The notes under the pieces were generated by a model, which searched no databases, was not told the DNA's origin, and saw only the letters and a list, made by a program, of their open reading frames with translations. From Basidiobolus meristosporus CBS 931.73 (lineage: Eukaryota; Fungi; Basidiobolomycota), in contig MCFE01000285.1 in the NCBI GenBank assembly GCA_002104905.1, forward strand, positions 39,142-103,141: 64,000 bases of DNA, in the 5' to 3' direction. A program made the position numbers and the translations under genes. Of the stretch, positions 38,125 to 49,985 are shown in pieces. The stretch's first letter is position 1; each line of letters opens with the position of its first letter.

Positions 38125-38956
38125 AGTTCAAAGAAGCGGTCCTGGGATATCCACCAATATGTCGAAAGGGGTTTGATGCTTTGCAAACTGCTTTACAAAA
38201 TGCCAATTTGACTCGTTAAATGAAATGACAAAATTTGATGCAATCCTTGTATGATAGATCACTGACTAATTGATACCCGTCCTCAGTCCTAGTCCTAGCC
38301 CTAGCCCTAGCCCTTACTTCCTCTGATCACTTGTGCTGATCTGAACCCTTGGGCCACAACTCCGATGCGAGCCACACCACTAATAAAGCATAGATTCAAA
38401 GCCAAAAATCGAAAATGACGATGAATTAGGAAAAAAAAGGATCTTTTCCCTTTAATATTGACATGGCTGATTTCGCATTCACTCGCCTCCATTGGTGAGT
38501 TTCCACAGAATTGGCATATGATTTGTTCATCATAGGTGGGAAATATATATCGAATGGGGAATTATCAGCCAATCGAAGGGATCACAATTTGCTCTCCCAA
38601 TATAGCGTATGCCATAAGAATCCACTCGTGGCTTTCCGCCCTTCGTTTTTTCTTAAACGACTTTAACACCTCCTCTAGTCTTGGAGTTCCTCCTTGTCGG
38701 GAACTAACTAGTGAAGTAATCCTACTTTTTGCCACAGCGAACTGACCTGTCGCTTCTTCCGTTAGGCCTGCACTTAACTGAGAAGCCACTCCCCACTTGC
38801 CTTCAACCGCATCACACTTACCCCTTATCCAATAACGAAACTGTCGCCCCGTTGCGTATCGTTTTTGGTGCTTGCCTCGTCCGCTTTTAAACTTAAATCA
38901 TAGTCGAAAAACTGCCCCCTATATCTTTAACCGTGTCTGATCAAGCTAATTCTGAA

Positions 38957-39568
38957 ATGTTGTTTCCAAGAACTTGTTTTACCGCTAATACTGTGCGTCC
39001 ATTGATTGCTCGCACGACCTGCCAGAGCGTTGCTCGGCCGCCGACAACCACTCCTGTGCGTCACCTACGTACCGCCACGAACGGTAACGCTGGTATAGGC
39101 ACTTCGGTGCTGGCGCCAGCACTCAACCGAATTCGTGGCGGCGTGCTACCTCAGTCGACTGGAGGTGCTTCCATGCTGAGCAATGATTCCCGTTCGCACC
39201 TACACACCGCCACCGCGGATGCGTTCTATCCATCAAACACGCAGGTATTTGGGGAATTCTTTCGCGCCAATAGTACTTCGCCCTACCTCGGAGGTACCAG
39301 CCCACCCGTGCCATCATATGCATCCTCGACGTCATACGCTGAGTCTGAGCTTGCTTGGGATGACTTCACATTGTACGACGACGACTCACCCGCTGGCGAG
39401 TTTAGCTGGGATGTCACAGGTGCTACACCCGCGTTGTTCGCTCCGCTGGGAGAGGTGTTTGCCTCGGCACTCTCAAACACCAACGAACGAAAGGCCGAGG
39501 ACTCCGAGATGGAGCAGGAGAACGATTTCATTTCCACGGAACATCCACACTCCTACGAAAGACAGTAG
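38957..39568 (+). CDS. Hypothetical protein with mitochondrial-presequence-like N-terminus
   Basis: Single open frame of ~203 codons; the first ~70 aa are R/T/A-rich with no acidic residues; acidic C-terminus. Confidence 0.55.
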   Translation: MLFPRTCFTANTVRPLIARTTCQSVARPPTTTPVRHLRTATNGNAGIGTSVLAPALNRIRGGVLPQSTGGASMLSNDSRSHLHTATADAFYPSNTQVFGEFFRANSTSPYLGGTSPPVPSYASSTSYAESELAWDDFTLYDDDSPAGEFSWDVTGATPALFAPLGEVFASALSNTNERKAEDSEMEQENDFISTEHPHSYERQ

Positions 39569-40405
39569 ACCTATCCTGGTGACCCCCGCTTTTCTACCCT
39601 GAGTCGGACTACCACCTTGGAACAAAGTGGTGTGGTGTGTAGTCCAAGTAAATGTTGCTTTCCATTCGAGTTGGGAAGTCGATGGCAACGGTTAATGATT
39701 TTTGTTTTGTGATCTATGATTTATGGAGAATCCCTCACCCACCGGTCCATGCCTATCTTTGAACTGGATCTTCGTTGAGAAATTCGAGTGGAAACCATCC
39801 GTTTTGCATCTTCTCTGCAGCATGGGACCATTTCTGTGGTATTCATCATGTTAAGCTAGACTAGTGGTTCTTGATCATCTCTTTCCTTTGTGCGCGCGCT
39901 TCAGCTATTTATTATTCACCTATTGGATATTTTCCTCCCTTTCCCTTTCCCTTTCCCTTACCTTTACTCTTACCCTTACCATTACCCTTACCTTCGCTTA
40001 ACTTTCCTCTTACATTTTCCTTATCGTCAGTAGTACGAAACGAACCGGCGATTTATTAACGCAATAAACTTCTATGTCTTCCTGGTTTGCTCATTGTACA
40101 ATCGAACCAGGTAGCCCGCTTGGATACTGATCGGCACCGAAATGCTGTTGCGACGTTGGTGCTGTGGGTTCCCATTCATTTTCAAACACAGATCCTACTG
40201 TGTTTCCTGTAGAACATTGGGCTTGTCGGATCAGACACCACTACGTCAGCCATCCCAACCTGATCCTTTGACTACATCTGCCATTGGCGATATTTCAGGC
40301 GATGTTAATGTTGGGTTACTACGGTGAAACCGACCAGGGTGATTTCAATCCACACCCTCTTTATAAACGCCACCGGCCCGCTCCACATCCACATCCTCTG
40401 TAGCA

Positions 40406-41484
40406 ATGTCCACTTTCGAGCTCGCTTACCTCGAAATGCCCGGCCGCGCTGAAGCCGCCAAGCTGCTCTTGATCTCTGCGGGGGTAAGGAAATCGCAGAT
40501 GTGGCCCAAATCGAAATGCAACCCCGCTGATGCTTTAGTGCCCAGATCCCATACGACAACACGGATATCAAGGTAGGGTTCCACAACTTCCCGAGACAGC
40601 GTCATGGCCGTTTCTGAGATCGGTTCAGTGGGGTCAGATTCCGGAGATCGCGCCCTTTGGCCAGGTTCCATATATGGTTGAGGAGAAGGAGGATGGCACG
40701 GTAATGTCTGTTGGTTGATGCGCAGCCTTCGTTGCGAGTCCTAGCTGGATTTTGTGGAAACAGAGATTCGTCTTGGGTGAATCTCACGCCATTGAACGCT
40801 ATCTTGCTAGAAAATATGGTTGGTGCAGGAGCAGCTGCTTGGTTGCAACCGGCCGTCTGATCGTTCTGTTTCCGCGTGTAGGTTACCTCGGAAAGAATCT
40901 CGAAGAGACCGCATACTTGGAAAGCATCTGCGATAATGGAGGTGGGTTGAATTTTGCTCATTTCCGTGATGTGGTAAGCATTGATCAGTTCTGCAGGTGC
41001 TATGGCCGACAAGTTCTTTGGTACGTTCATGCTGGAGGGAGAAGCTAAGGTAGTTGTTTGTTTCCCTTTACAGCTCAGAGCCTCGATCCCACCATGTCGT
41101 CGATATAGGAAAAATCGACCGAGAACTTCCTTCAGGTGGTAGTCCCCAAATACATCAAGTATCACGAAGAAATCCTCACCAAGAACGGAACCAATGGATA
41201 TTATCTACGGGATGAGGTTGGAACCGCCTCTAGCGGCATTGGGCATTCCCACTTCTAACCACCTCGTACTCTAGTTCACTTTGGCGGAGTTTTTGAACGC
41301 CCAGATGATCAGATTGATCAACTTCAATTCCGGAAAGGAAGTGTTCTCCGAATCCAAGTGTCCTGCTATTTGGAAGCTGTTCCAGAATGTTATGGGTCAT
41401 CCTCACTTCGCAAACTACTTCAAGGAGAGTGATGCCAAACTCGAGGAGCATCGTAGCATCTTGATCAATGCTAGATCCAAATAA
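40406..41484 (+). CDS. Glutathione S-transferase (multi-exon)
   Basis: ELAYLEMPGRAEAAKLLL, APFGQVPYM, LGESHAIERYLARKYG; helical C-terminal domain. Confidence 0.9.
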
Positions 41485-41857
41485 ACATGACTGCGGCATT
41501 GGGGTGCATGCATTGGCGCATTAACATCTCATTTGTACAAATTTTATCAATCAGCAAACGAGCCATATATTGATGTCTGCGATCAATTGGTGAAGAAATT
41601 ATCAAACTGACTACATTCGCAGCATTGGTGTTGATTTACTTTCTCGATGTGTGGCTGTGATTCGATGCTCAAGGCCAAACTCAACTATACTTCACAAAAG
41701 GGTGACTCTCGTCTGGTTTATTTTATGTTGCGTATTGCAGTGATCTTCAATAGGTTCACTCTTTCCGATTTTGTATGCCATTAGCTTTGTTATGTCACAA
41801 TGAGTGATGCAGCTGTCTACCACATTCGGTGTGGCTTCTGATGAGGGTTGCGGATAC

Positions 41858-43205
41858 CTACTGGCTCTGGTCTAGTTCCACAATCACCTTGCCTCTGCAA
41901 CGACCGCTCAACTGCCTCTCAAAGGCCTCCAACGACTGGTCAAACGAGAATACCGAGTCCACCACCGGTTTGAGTGCACCTGAAATGGCCATATGTGTCG
42001 GTGAAATTGCTCGCCATCAAGCCTGCTTACTCGTCTTACCTTCCGCTATCAATTTTCTTACTTCTTCGAGTTGAGCTTCATCAGTGGAACCAGAGAACAT
42101 GATGTAATTCGGGTGGCCAATGAAACTCCATGCTTTCCTTGATACTAGACGAGCACCATTTCTCAACAACCAGGTGTATCCACCGATTTTGTGTTCATCA
42201 CCGACAATAGTGATGAAGGATCCAGAAGGTTTGAGGATTCTGGTGGCTTCTTCGTACGCCTAGTCAAGTATTAACCCAGTTATCTACAGGATCCCTGCCC
42301 TGAGTTACTACTTACCTCAACACCACCGACACAGTCGAACACTAGGTCGACCAAATCATCTTTCAGTACATCGGCCACATCTGCTATGGTGTAATCGATG
42401 ACCTGATCGGCTCCGAGCGATCTGACCAGTTCCTCATTTCTACCGGAGCATGTACAAATCACGTAGGCTCCAAAATGCTTCGCCAATTGGATCGAGACGG
42501 TTCCTGTGGAGATAGATCTATTAGCGGAGACAGAATGGTGCAGCATACAACCCATGGGCACCCACCAACCCCACCACTTCCGCCCAGGATCAGCACTCGC
42601 ATGGATTGCTTGATTGCCCCTCTTTGGACAAGTCCTTGCCACGCTGTGACCGATACCAGTGGCAGTCCAGCGAGTTCGGTATCAGTAAGATTCTCCGGAG
42701 CCTTGACCAGACAAGTCTCGTCGGATGTGCAGTACTCCGCAAGTCCCCCATCCTTGACAAAAGCGATAAGGCATTCAAGATATGATACTAGGCTTAGGTA
42801 TTTAGTAATCTTACCATCATCATTTGCAGATAGCCAAAGACTTTGTCGCCAATCTTGAACTTGGATGCATGGCTTCCAACACTGACCACTGTTCCCACGA
42901 CATCCACGCCGGGAGTATGAGGTCTCTTGATGAGTTTATTAACTATGTTGTCCTCCATGGCCTGATTCAGGGCAATGGAAAGCCCGAAGTTAGTATCACC
43001 TACACAAAGAATGCTGCCGTGAGCACAATACCTTGGAGTCTACTGGGTTTAAGCTAGTGGCATGGACTTTCAATAGCACCTCTTTTGACTTGGGTGGCAA
43101 GACCGGTACGTTGGTTTCGAGCTTTAGTACCTGTGTTGGGGTCCCACACCCGGACCAACGCCAGGCACGCATTTCCGTAGGTATCTTATCAGGGCTCGAA
43201 GGCAT
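41858..43205 (-). CDS. MDR-family NAD(P)H:quinone oxidoreductase / RTN4IP1-like, copy 1
   Basis: VLLKVHATSLNPVD, PGVDVVGTV, LPLVSVTAWQGL, VLILGGSGGVGT, LVRSLGADQVIDY, GRCRGKVIV. Confidence 0.9.
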
Positions 43206-44605
43206 GAGGACTGTTGAATGAGTATGTTTGCTCACCACTGAAGGAGTGATTAGTTAACAAACATAAGGTCAATTAAACTCCATTTATATATGAGGCTGGC
43301 CAATGAGATGAATCATCACTTTGGAACGTGCTTTAAGGAAGGAGTGATAATCCGTGATGATTATTGGCTGGGAGAAGATCACCCCCGGGATTCAGTTATC
43401 GCACGAAATATTAACATTAAATTCGACCTGGTAACGATATATTAGATGGTGGCTGAGGAACCTCTGAGGAAGCTTGTACGAATAGGGTTAATCAACTTGG
43501 TTAAATTTGGACTGATTCCTAACTAGAGGGAAGTAGATGATTGTTACCTCAGTATACTGTACAGAGATTGCCAAGAGCTAACAGGTGTGTTTATTAGTCA
43601 CTCTCAGGTGGATGTTGGGACGTTACATTATATGATGATGAATGCGACGTACTGCTCTCTTTCGCAGCCTTCATCAATAGTAGATTGTAGAGTTCTGGAA
43701 GTGATTGGGTAACAAACTTGGGAAAAACAACCCTTACATGGGCTGTGATGTGGGCTAAGTTGGAGGCCTTTTAGAATATATCATTGTTTCCATTGACGTT
43801 TGGTATTGATTCAAAGATATAGACTAGGTATGGGATCAGAGTATGTGAATCATTGGTATTGCCTCTAATTTACTCAATTTTATTTTCTAGTGAGCACTTA
43901 ACAGCAAGTGGACATACAAATTGTGTGGGCTTGCTGAGAGCACATCCAAATATGAGTTCCTTCGTTATGGAGTAAATCAATATATTACTTGCTGGCCTGT
44001 TGATGTACGATGACTATTCAAGCAGTTGTAGTGCGTTTATGTAATACATATTTATATACCTAATCAAGTCCTCAAAAACTTGAAATACTTGATCTGTAAC
44101 GGCGTATGATGTGGCCCTGCTCTACTGATTTTTGATCTGCATTAATCACCGAAAATCCCCGAGTATTGGCGTTCAGTACTCAATTTGAAACATACCCCAA
44201 TATTACATTCCAAAAATACCGAAGTATTGACTTGGATTGTGATTTCAATGAGCAATATCACTTGCCACCAGAGGGAACCATTGCTAAGCTATGCATCAGT
44301 TTTGGCGGTCTGCGAAGGTGCCATATATTGACGATCAGGATCAATTGGTGAGGTTAAGACCAAACTGACTTCATTCGCAGCACTAACCTTCGCGAATTAT
44401 AACTGCAATAAGGCGATTGGGGTTAAGCCTAACTATATTTCCCGTAGAGATGACCCTCGTCTGGTTTATTTTATGTTGCGTATTGCAGTGATCTTCAATA
44501 GGTTCACTCTTTCCAATTTTGTATGCCATTAGCTTTGTTATGTCACAATGAGTGATGCAGCTTTCTACCACATTCGGTGTGGCTTCTGATGAGGGTTGCG
44601 GATAC

Positions 44606-45953
44606 CTACTGGCTTTGGTCTAGTTCCACAATCACCTTGCCTCTGCAACGACCGCTCAACTGCCTCTCAAAGGCCTCCAGCGACTGGTCAAACGAGAATA
44701 CCGAGTCCACCACCGGTTTGAGTGCACCTGAAATGGCCATATGTGTCGGTGAAATTGCTCGCCATCAAGCCTACTTACTCGTCTTACCTTCCGCTATCAA
44801 TTTTCTTACTTCTTCGAGTTGGGCTTCATCAGGGAACCCAGTAAACATGATGTAATTCGGGTGGCCAATGAAACTCCATGCTTTCCTTGATACTGAGCGG
44901 GTGCTATTTCTCAGCAACCAGGTGTATCCACCGATTTTGTGTTCATCGCCGACAATAGTGATGAAGGATCCAGAAGGCTTGAGGATTCTGGTGGCGCTTT
45001 TGTACACCTAGTCGATCTTTAGTCTAGTGACCTGCAGGACCCTGTTCTGAGCTACTACTTACCTCAACACCACCGACACAGTCGAACACTAGGTCGACCA
45101 AATCATCTTTCAGTACATCGGCCACATCTGCTATGGTGTAATCGATGACCTGATCGGCTCCGAGCGATCTGACCAGTTCCTCATTTTTACCGGAGCATGT
45201 ACAAATCACGTAGGCTCCAAAATGCTTCGCCAATTGGATCGAGACGGTTCCTGTGGAGATAGATCTATTAGCGGAGACAGAATGGTGCAGCATACAACTC
45301 ATGGGCACCCACCAACCCCACCACTTCCGCCCAGGATCAGCACTCGCATGGATTGCTTGATTGCCCCTCTTTGGACAAGTCCTTGCCACGCTGTGACCGA
45401 TACCAGTGGCAGTCCAGCGAGTTCGGTATCAGTAAGATTCTCTGGAGCCTTGACCAGGCAAGTCTCGTCGGATGTGCAGTACTCCGCAAGTCCCCCATTC
45501 TTGATAAATAAGGATGAGTCCTTCGATGCATAATACTGAATTTGGATAACTTAAAAGCGAACCATCCTCAATTGTAGATAGCCAAAGACTTTGTCGCCAA
45601 TCTTGAACTTGGATGCATGGCTTCCAACACTGACCACTGTTCCCACGACATCCACGCCGGGAGTATGAGGTCTCTTGATGAGTTTATTAACTATGTTGTC
45701 CTCCATGGCCTGATTCAGGGCAATGGACAGCCCGAAGTTAGTATCACCTACGCAAAGAATGCTGCCGTGAGCACAATACCTTGGAGTCTACTGGGTTTAA
45801 GCTAGTGGCATGGACTTTCAATAGCACCTCTTTTGACTTGGGTGGCAAGACCGGTACGTTGGTTTCGAGCTTTAGTACCTGTGTCGGGATCCCACACTTG
45901 GACCAGCGCCAGGCACGCATTTCCGTAGGTATCTTATCAGGGCTCGAAGGCAT
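44606..45953 (-). CDS. MDR-family NAD(P)H:quinone oxidoreductase / RTN4IP1-like, copy 2
   Basis: Tandem duplicate of copy 1 (offset 2748 bp) with the same exon structure. Confidence 0.9.
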
Positions 45954-46708
45954 GAGGACTGTTGAATGAGTATGTTTGCTCACCACTGAAGGAGTGATTA
46001 GTTAACAAACATAAGGTCAATTAAACTCCATTTATATATGAGGCTGGCCAATGAGATGAATCATCACTTAGGAACGTGCCTTATGCATGAATGGTAGTCG
46101 ATGATTGTCATTGGCTTAAGGGTGACCATCCTAGGATGTAGCGACCTCATCGAATACATATTAATATTGATTAAATCAGACTTTTTCTCAGCGACAGGCT
46201 ACTAACGAAATATTAGGTGATGGCTGAAGAAGTGCTGAAGCTGTATGACTGAGGATGGTCAAAACTGTCAATAAACGTACTCGTACGAGTGTAAATTTAT
46301 AATATCCAAACAAATCCCACACTAGCCATGAATGCTTGCGTCCAGCGTTTTGGAGTTTAACGTATTTTATAACTCCATCATCAAGACCTAATTCGGATTT
46401 GAGCGTGATTGAAGTAGCACAGTGCATATGTCGGCGACAGGATAAAGATTGATTCTGGAAGACCTATGGTGTGTAATACTCTCCAAATTGGAAAGATCAT
46501 TGGATCGTCAATGTAAGGCAAAGGTTGGGCTAGAAGGATTACCAGATCATAGGGTTCGCTACCAGTTGTCGGTACGATGGTGGAGATCTTGATTGTACTC
46601 ACAATACTATCCAGAAAACATTCAAGATTAAACGAACTGCTTTTGCTTTTATTTTACATCCTATTTATACTAATTTTACAACCCAGCGAACACCATTGGC
46701 GTTTCCAA

Positions 46709-48328
46709 TCAACATTCGATGGTATCAAATTTCCGGAAGATCCAGTAGAAGATGACAGTCATGACTCCCATCAGTCCGGTTTGGATTCCGAACACATACA
46801 CAAAGTTGGGGTCGTTGCTCCACACTGCAAGGATCAGGCCAATCAGACTGCCACCACAGTTGGTGAACAGGAAAAGAGAGGTCACCACCGACTTGAGCTC
46901 GGGGGCGGCTTGTCGGAAGGCGAACTCCAGGCCGGTGACTGAGGCGAAGATCTCGGAGATGGAGATTCCAATGAACGGGATCACTTGCCACCAGATGGAG
47001 ATGTCGTTGACTGGTTGCTCACCCTCGGGCAGGCCACTCAAATCGGTGAAGTTGTAGTAGGGGCCGGTCTTGTAGACCTGTGCTTGGAGAACGGTGACAT
47101 AGACAAAGGCAAGTGTGGCAATTGTGAACCCGATGGTGATGCGTGTGATGGGACCAAGACGGCAGCCCATTCTTCTCAGCAATGGGAAGACAGCCGTGTC
47201 AAAGATAGGGATGGCAATTACCAGGACAAGGCTGTTGACCAGGTTCAGCTGCTCGGGCCCACTGATGAACGATGGTCTTTGCATCGTCAGTCCCATGTTG
47301 ATGAAGTTGTCGGACATGTTGTAGTACAGAGCCCAGTAGAAGGGATAGAACAGGAACACCAAGCAAGCGCGCAGGGTTTTCTTGAGATCCTCGATGAACT
47401 GATCGTCCCACTCAAAGCCATCCACCTTGGCGTAGTCCAGCCAGTGCTCGATGGGCCCATTGGTCTTGGCATTGTCCAACGGGGCCTTGCGATGGGACAG
47501 GGCATACTTGATGCAGGAGTATGTCTTCGAGAGGACAGTGCCGGATGGAGGCTTGACATAGTACAGCTTTTTGGCGGACACGAAGATCACGAGGCCAATC
47601 ACGAACATTATCGCTGGCAGCGAGTAGGCTAGAGGATAGGATCCGTAGTCGTTGGCAACGATGGGACAGATGAACTGGCCCAGCAAGGCGCCGCAGTTGA
47701 TGGCCCAGTAGAAGAAGCGGAAGATGCGCTCAACGGTGAGCTGTGAGTCGGTGTAGACACCAGGGGTCTTGGTCGGGAAGATCCCTTCCTTGATCTGCTC
47801 AGCGGCAAAGGAGGAAACATTGGACTTGATGCCGCCGGTGCCGAAGGAGATGAAGACATACAGGGCAATCACGAAGCCGATCACACCGAAGCTTCCATCC
47901 AGAGAGGCTGGGAGGGAGCTGACTGCCAGGAACACCAAGCCCACCATGTAGAAGAGGGAGAATATGACGATGGTCTTGAACTTTCCGATGTAGCGGTCGG
48001 CAACGACGGCACCAAGAATAGTGGTGCAATAGGCCAGAAACTGGAAGCCTCTGTTCACGGCGGTGGCAGTGCTCTTGTTGAAGCCAAGAACCTTGAGCAT
48101 GTAGGGTTGGAACAGAAGCGAGGCACCGTAGAAGGCAAAGCGCTCGCACAGCTCGGTGATGATGATGAACCAGGCCGCGAGGGGGACCTTTCCAGCAACG
48201 CGTAGCTTGATGTCATCGGAGTTGGGAGGATCATCTTGTGCAGCATCGATGTGCTCCACTTGGGTAGACTTTTCGAAGGGTTTTTCTTCGCTCATAGTTG
48301 TTGTAGGGAATTTCTGAGGAAACAGCAT
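46709..48328 (-). CDS. PTR2: POT/PTR proton-dependent oligopeptide transporter, copy 1 (539 aa, intronless)
   Basis: ELCERFAFYG (ExxERFxYY), GAVVADRYIG, GTGGIKSNVSSFAAEQ, FYWAINCGAL; about 12 hydrophobic segments. Confidence 0.96.
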   Translation of the reverse strand: MLFPQKFPTTTMSEEKPFEKSTQVEHIDAAQDDPPNSDDIKLRVAGKVPLAAWFIIITELCERFAFYGASLLFQPYMLKVLGFNKSTATAVNRGFQFLAYCTTILGAVVADRYIGKFKTIVIFSLFYMVGLVFLAVSSLPASLDGSFGVIGFVIALYVFISFGTGGIKSNVSSFAAEQIKEGIFPTKTPGVYTDSQLTVERIFRFFYWAINCGALLGQFICPIVANDYGSYPLAYSLPAIMFVIGLVIFVSAKKLYYVKPPSGTVLSKTYSCIKYALSHRKAPLDNAKTNGPIEHWLDYAKVDGFEWDDQFIEDLKKTLRACLVFLFYPFYWALYYNMSDNFINMGLTMQRPSFISGPEQLNLVNSLVLVIAIPIFDTAVFPLLRRMGCRLGPITRITIGFTIATLAFVYVTVLQAQVYKTGPYYNFTDLSGLPEGEQPVNDISIWWQVIPFIGISISEIFASVTGLEFAFRQAAPELKSVVTSLFLFTNCGGSLIGLILAVWSNDPNFVYVFGIQTGLMGVMTVIFYWIFRKFDTIEC

Positions 48329-49985
48329 GGAGGATGAGGTAGCTTTTATTAGTTGTCAGCCGAGCTTAATTCAACCAAGTGACAGATTTGAGAATATTGA
48401 CAGATAGGAATGTAGCCAATTCAGGCAGCAGAATCACGGGATTATTTGCAACGAAATCCGGTCAATTATACTTGATTCATCCATAAAGTAGGATTGATAA
48501 GCCTTTATAGCTAACCTGACGAGTTGTATCAAATCAAGATTGGGAGAGATGCCAGACATGATTACCAAATATGTACTCAGGGTTTTTCTGATCCATTGTG
48601 ATAGATTACAGCCCAACACTACAAATTGACATTTCGTGATTTCCTATTCGGTCCAATGCTGACAACTCCAGATATTGGGTACGTCCTTTATCATTAAGCA
48701 GCCCTTCCAGATGGTTGTGGATATCATTATTACAGATTGAGTAGCATATTTAGTATGCGCTACCAATAAAGTTGCTCAATTAATAGTATAAAAGGCCAAC
48801 CCTGACCACCACATATCTCATTAAGTTGTAGATCATCTTTATTTGATGCTTCCTTGTCAGCAAGAAATCATTCCCATACATAACTGAAGTACACTTTTTT
48901 TGTCCATCTCAATAGTATATATCATATTTCTGAGCGTTTGTGCACTGCAAGTTGAGTTATATAGTGTGCAAGGTAATCAAAAAGTAGAGCGTTTTTGTAG
49001 TCAAGCAGAATGTTAAATGTATATCATAAGGGATTCTATTGTACGAGATATAGTTCAATACTACATAGTATCGATTATCACCCATAGATGAGATGGTACA
49101 CAAGTATTGATGATAAGATAAACAGTTCTGAAGTGATGGTACATTATCTTGGCTGACCCATCAGGGATTTCTTCCACTTTGCTACGAAGAATGGATAACT
49201 AGTGAAATTGCTATATGTAATGGTAGCCAAATCTGATCGAAAACACCTCTATTGAATACAATAGTTGAGTAGCTTCAAAATAATCTATTGCTGATATCAT
49301 GCTATTTTATATGCACAAGTGCTGCTGCCAATGTGCCAAGATTTCACCGTCAATATTGCGCAAACATAGAGTCATGAAATAGCATGAATGGAAGTAAAAA
49401 CTTGAAGTATCCACAGGTTCTGCAGCTCGTGTATCTAGTTTATAGATCAATATCCGCATTTTTATACGACTCTAATTGCAAGGACTACTTTATCCTAGAG
49501 ACGTTGCGTATACAGACATCGTGACATTTTATTTTGGCATTGCATATGATCAGCATTTTCCTATTTACCACTAGTAATCATGAATCCAAATATGGACGGC
49601 GAATCTGCTTTTAGTTTCTCAACAAGCTTCGTTTACTCAATTTTGATCCTCAAAAAATCAAAAAGTTGGAAAATTTGGCATTCAGTATTTATTTTGCAAC
49701 ATCCTAAAGCAATAGGTACACATGATTGCTCCAAGTATTTCGAAGGGCAATATTGGCACGAAGTGCGATTGATGGCTACTTGCTACAGAAATTTAGTGAG
49801 TAAATACTCCAACGAATACGATTCTTGACAGTTTACTAGCACAATGGCGAAATTTTTAATGACAACATTAACATTTTCAAACTATCATAGAAATCACTCA
49901 AGATTAAACGAACTGCTTTTGCTTTTATTTTACATCCTATGTATACTAATTTTACAATCAGGTAGATACCTTCTGGCACCTCCTA

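Noticed and set aside
38307-38870. Small minus-strand ORFs with splice-like signals upstream of ICP55
   Set aside because: No consistent coding model could be assembled; may be a spliced 5' UTR.
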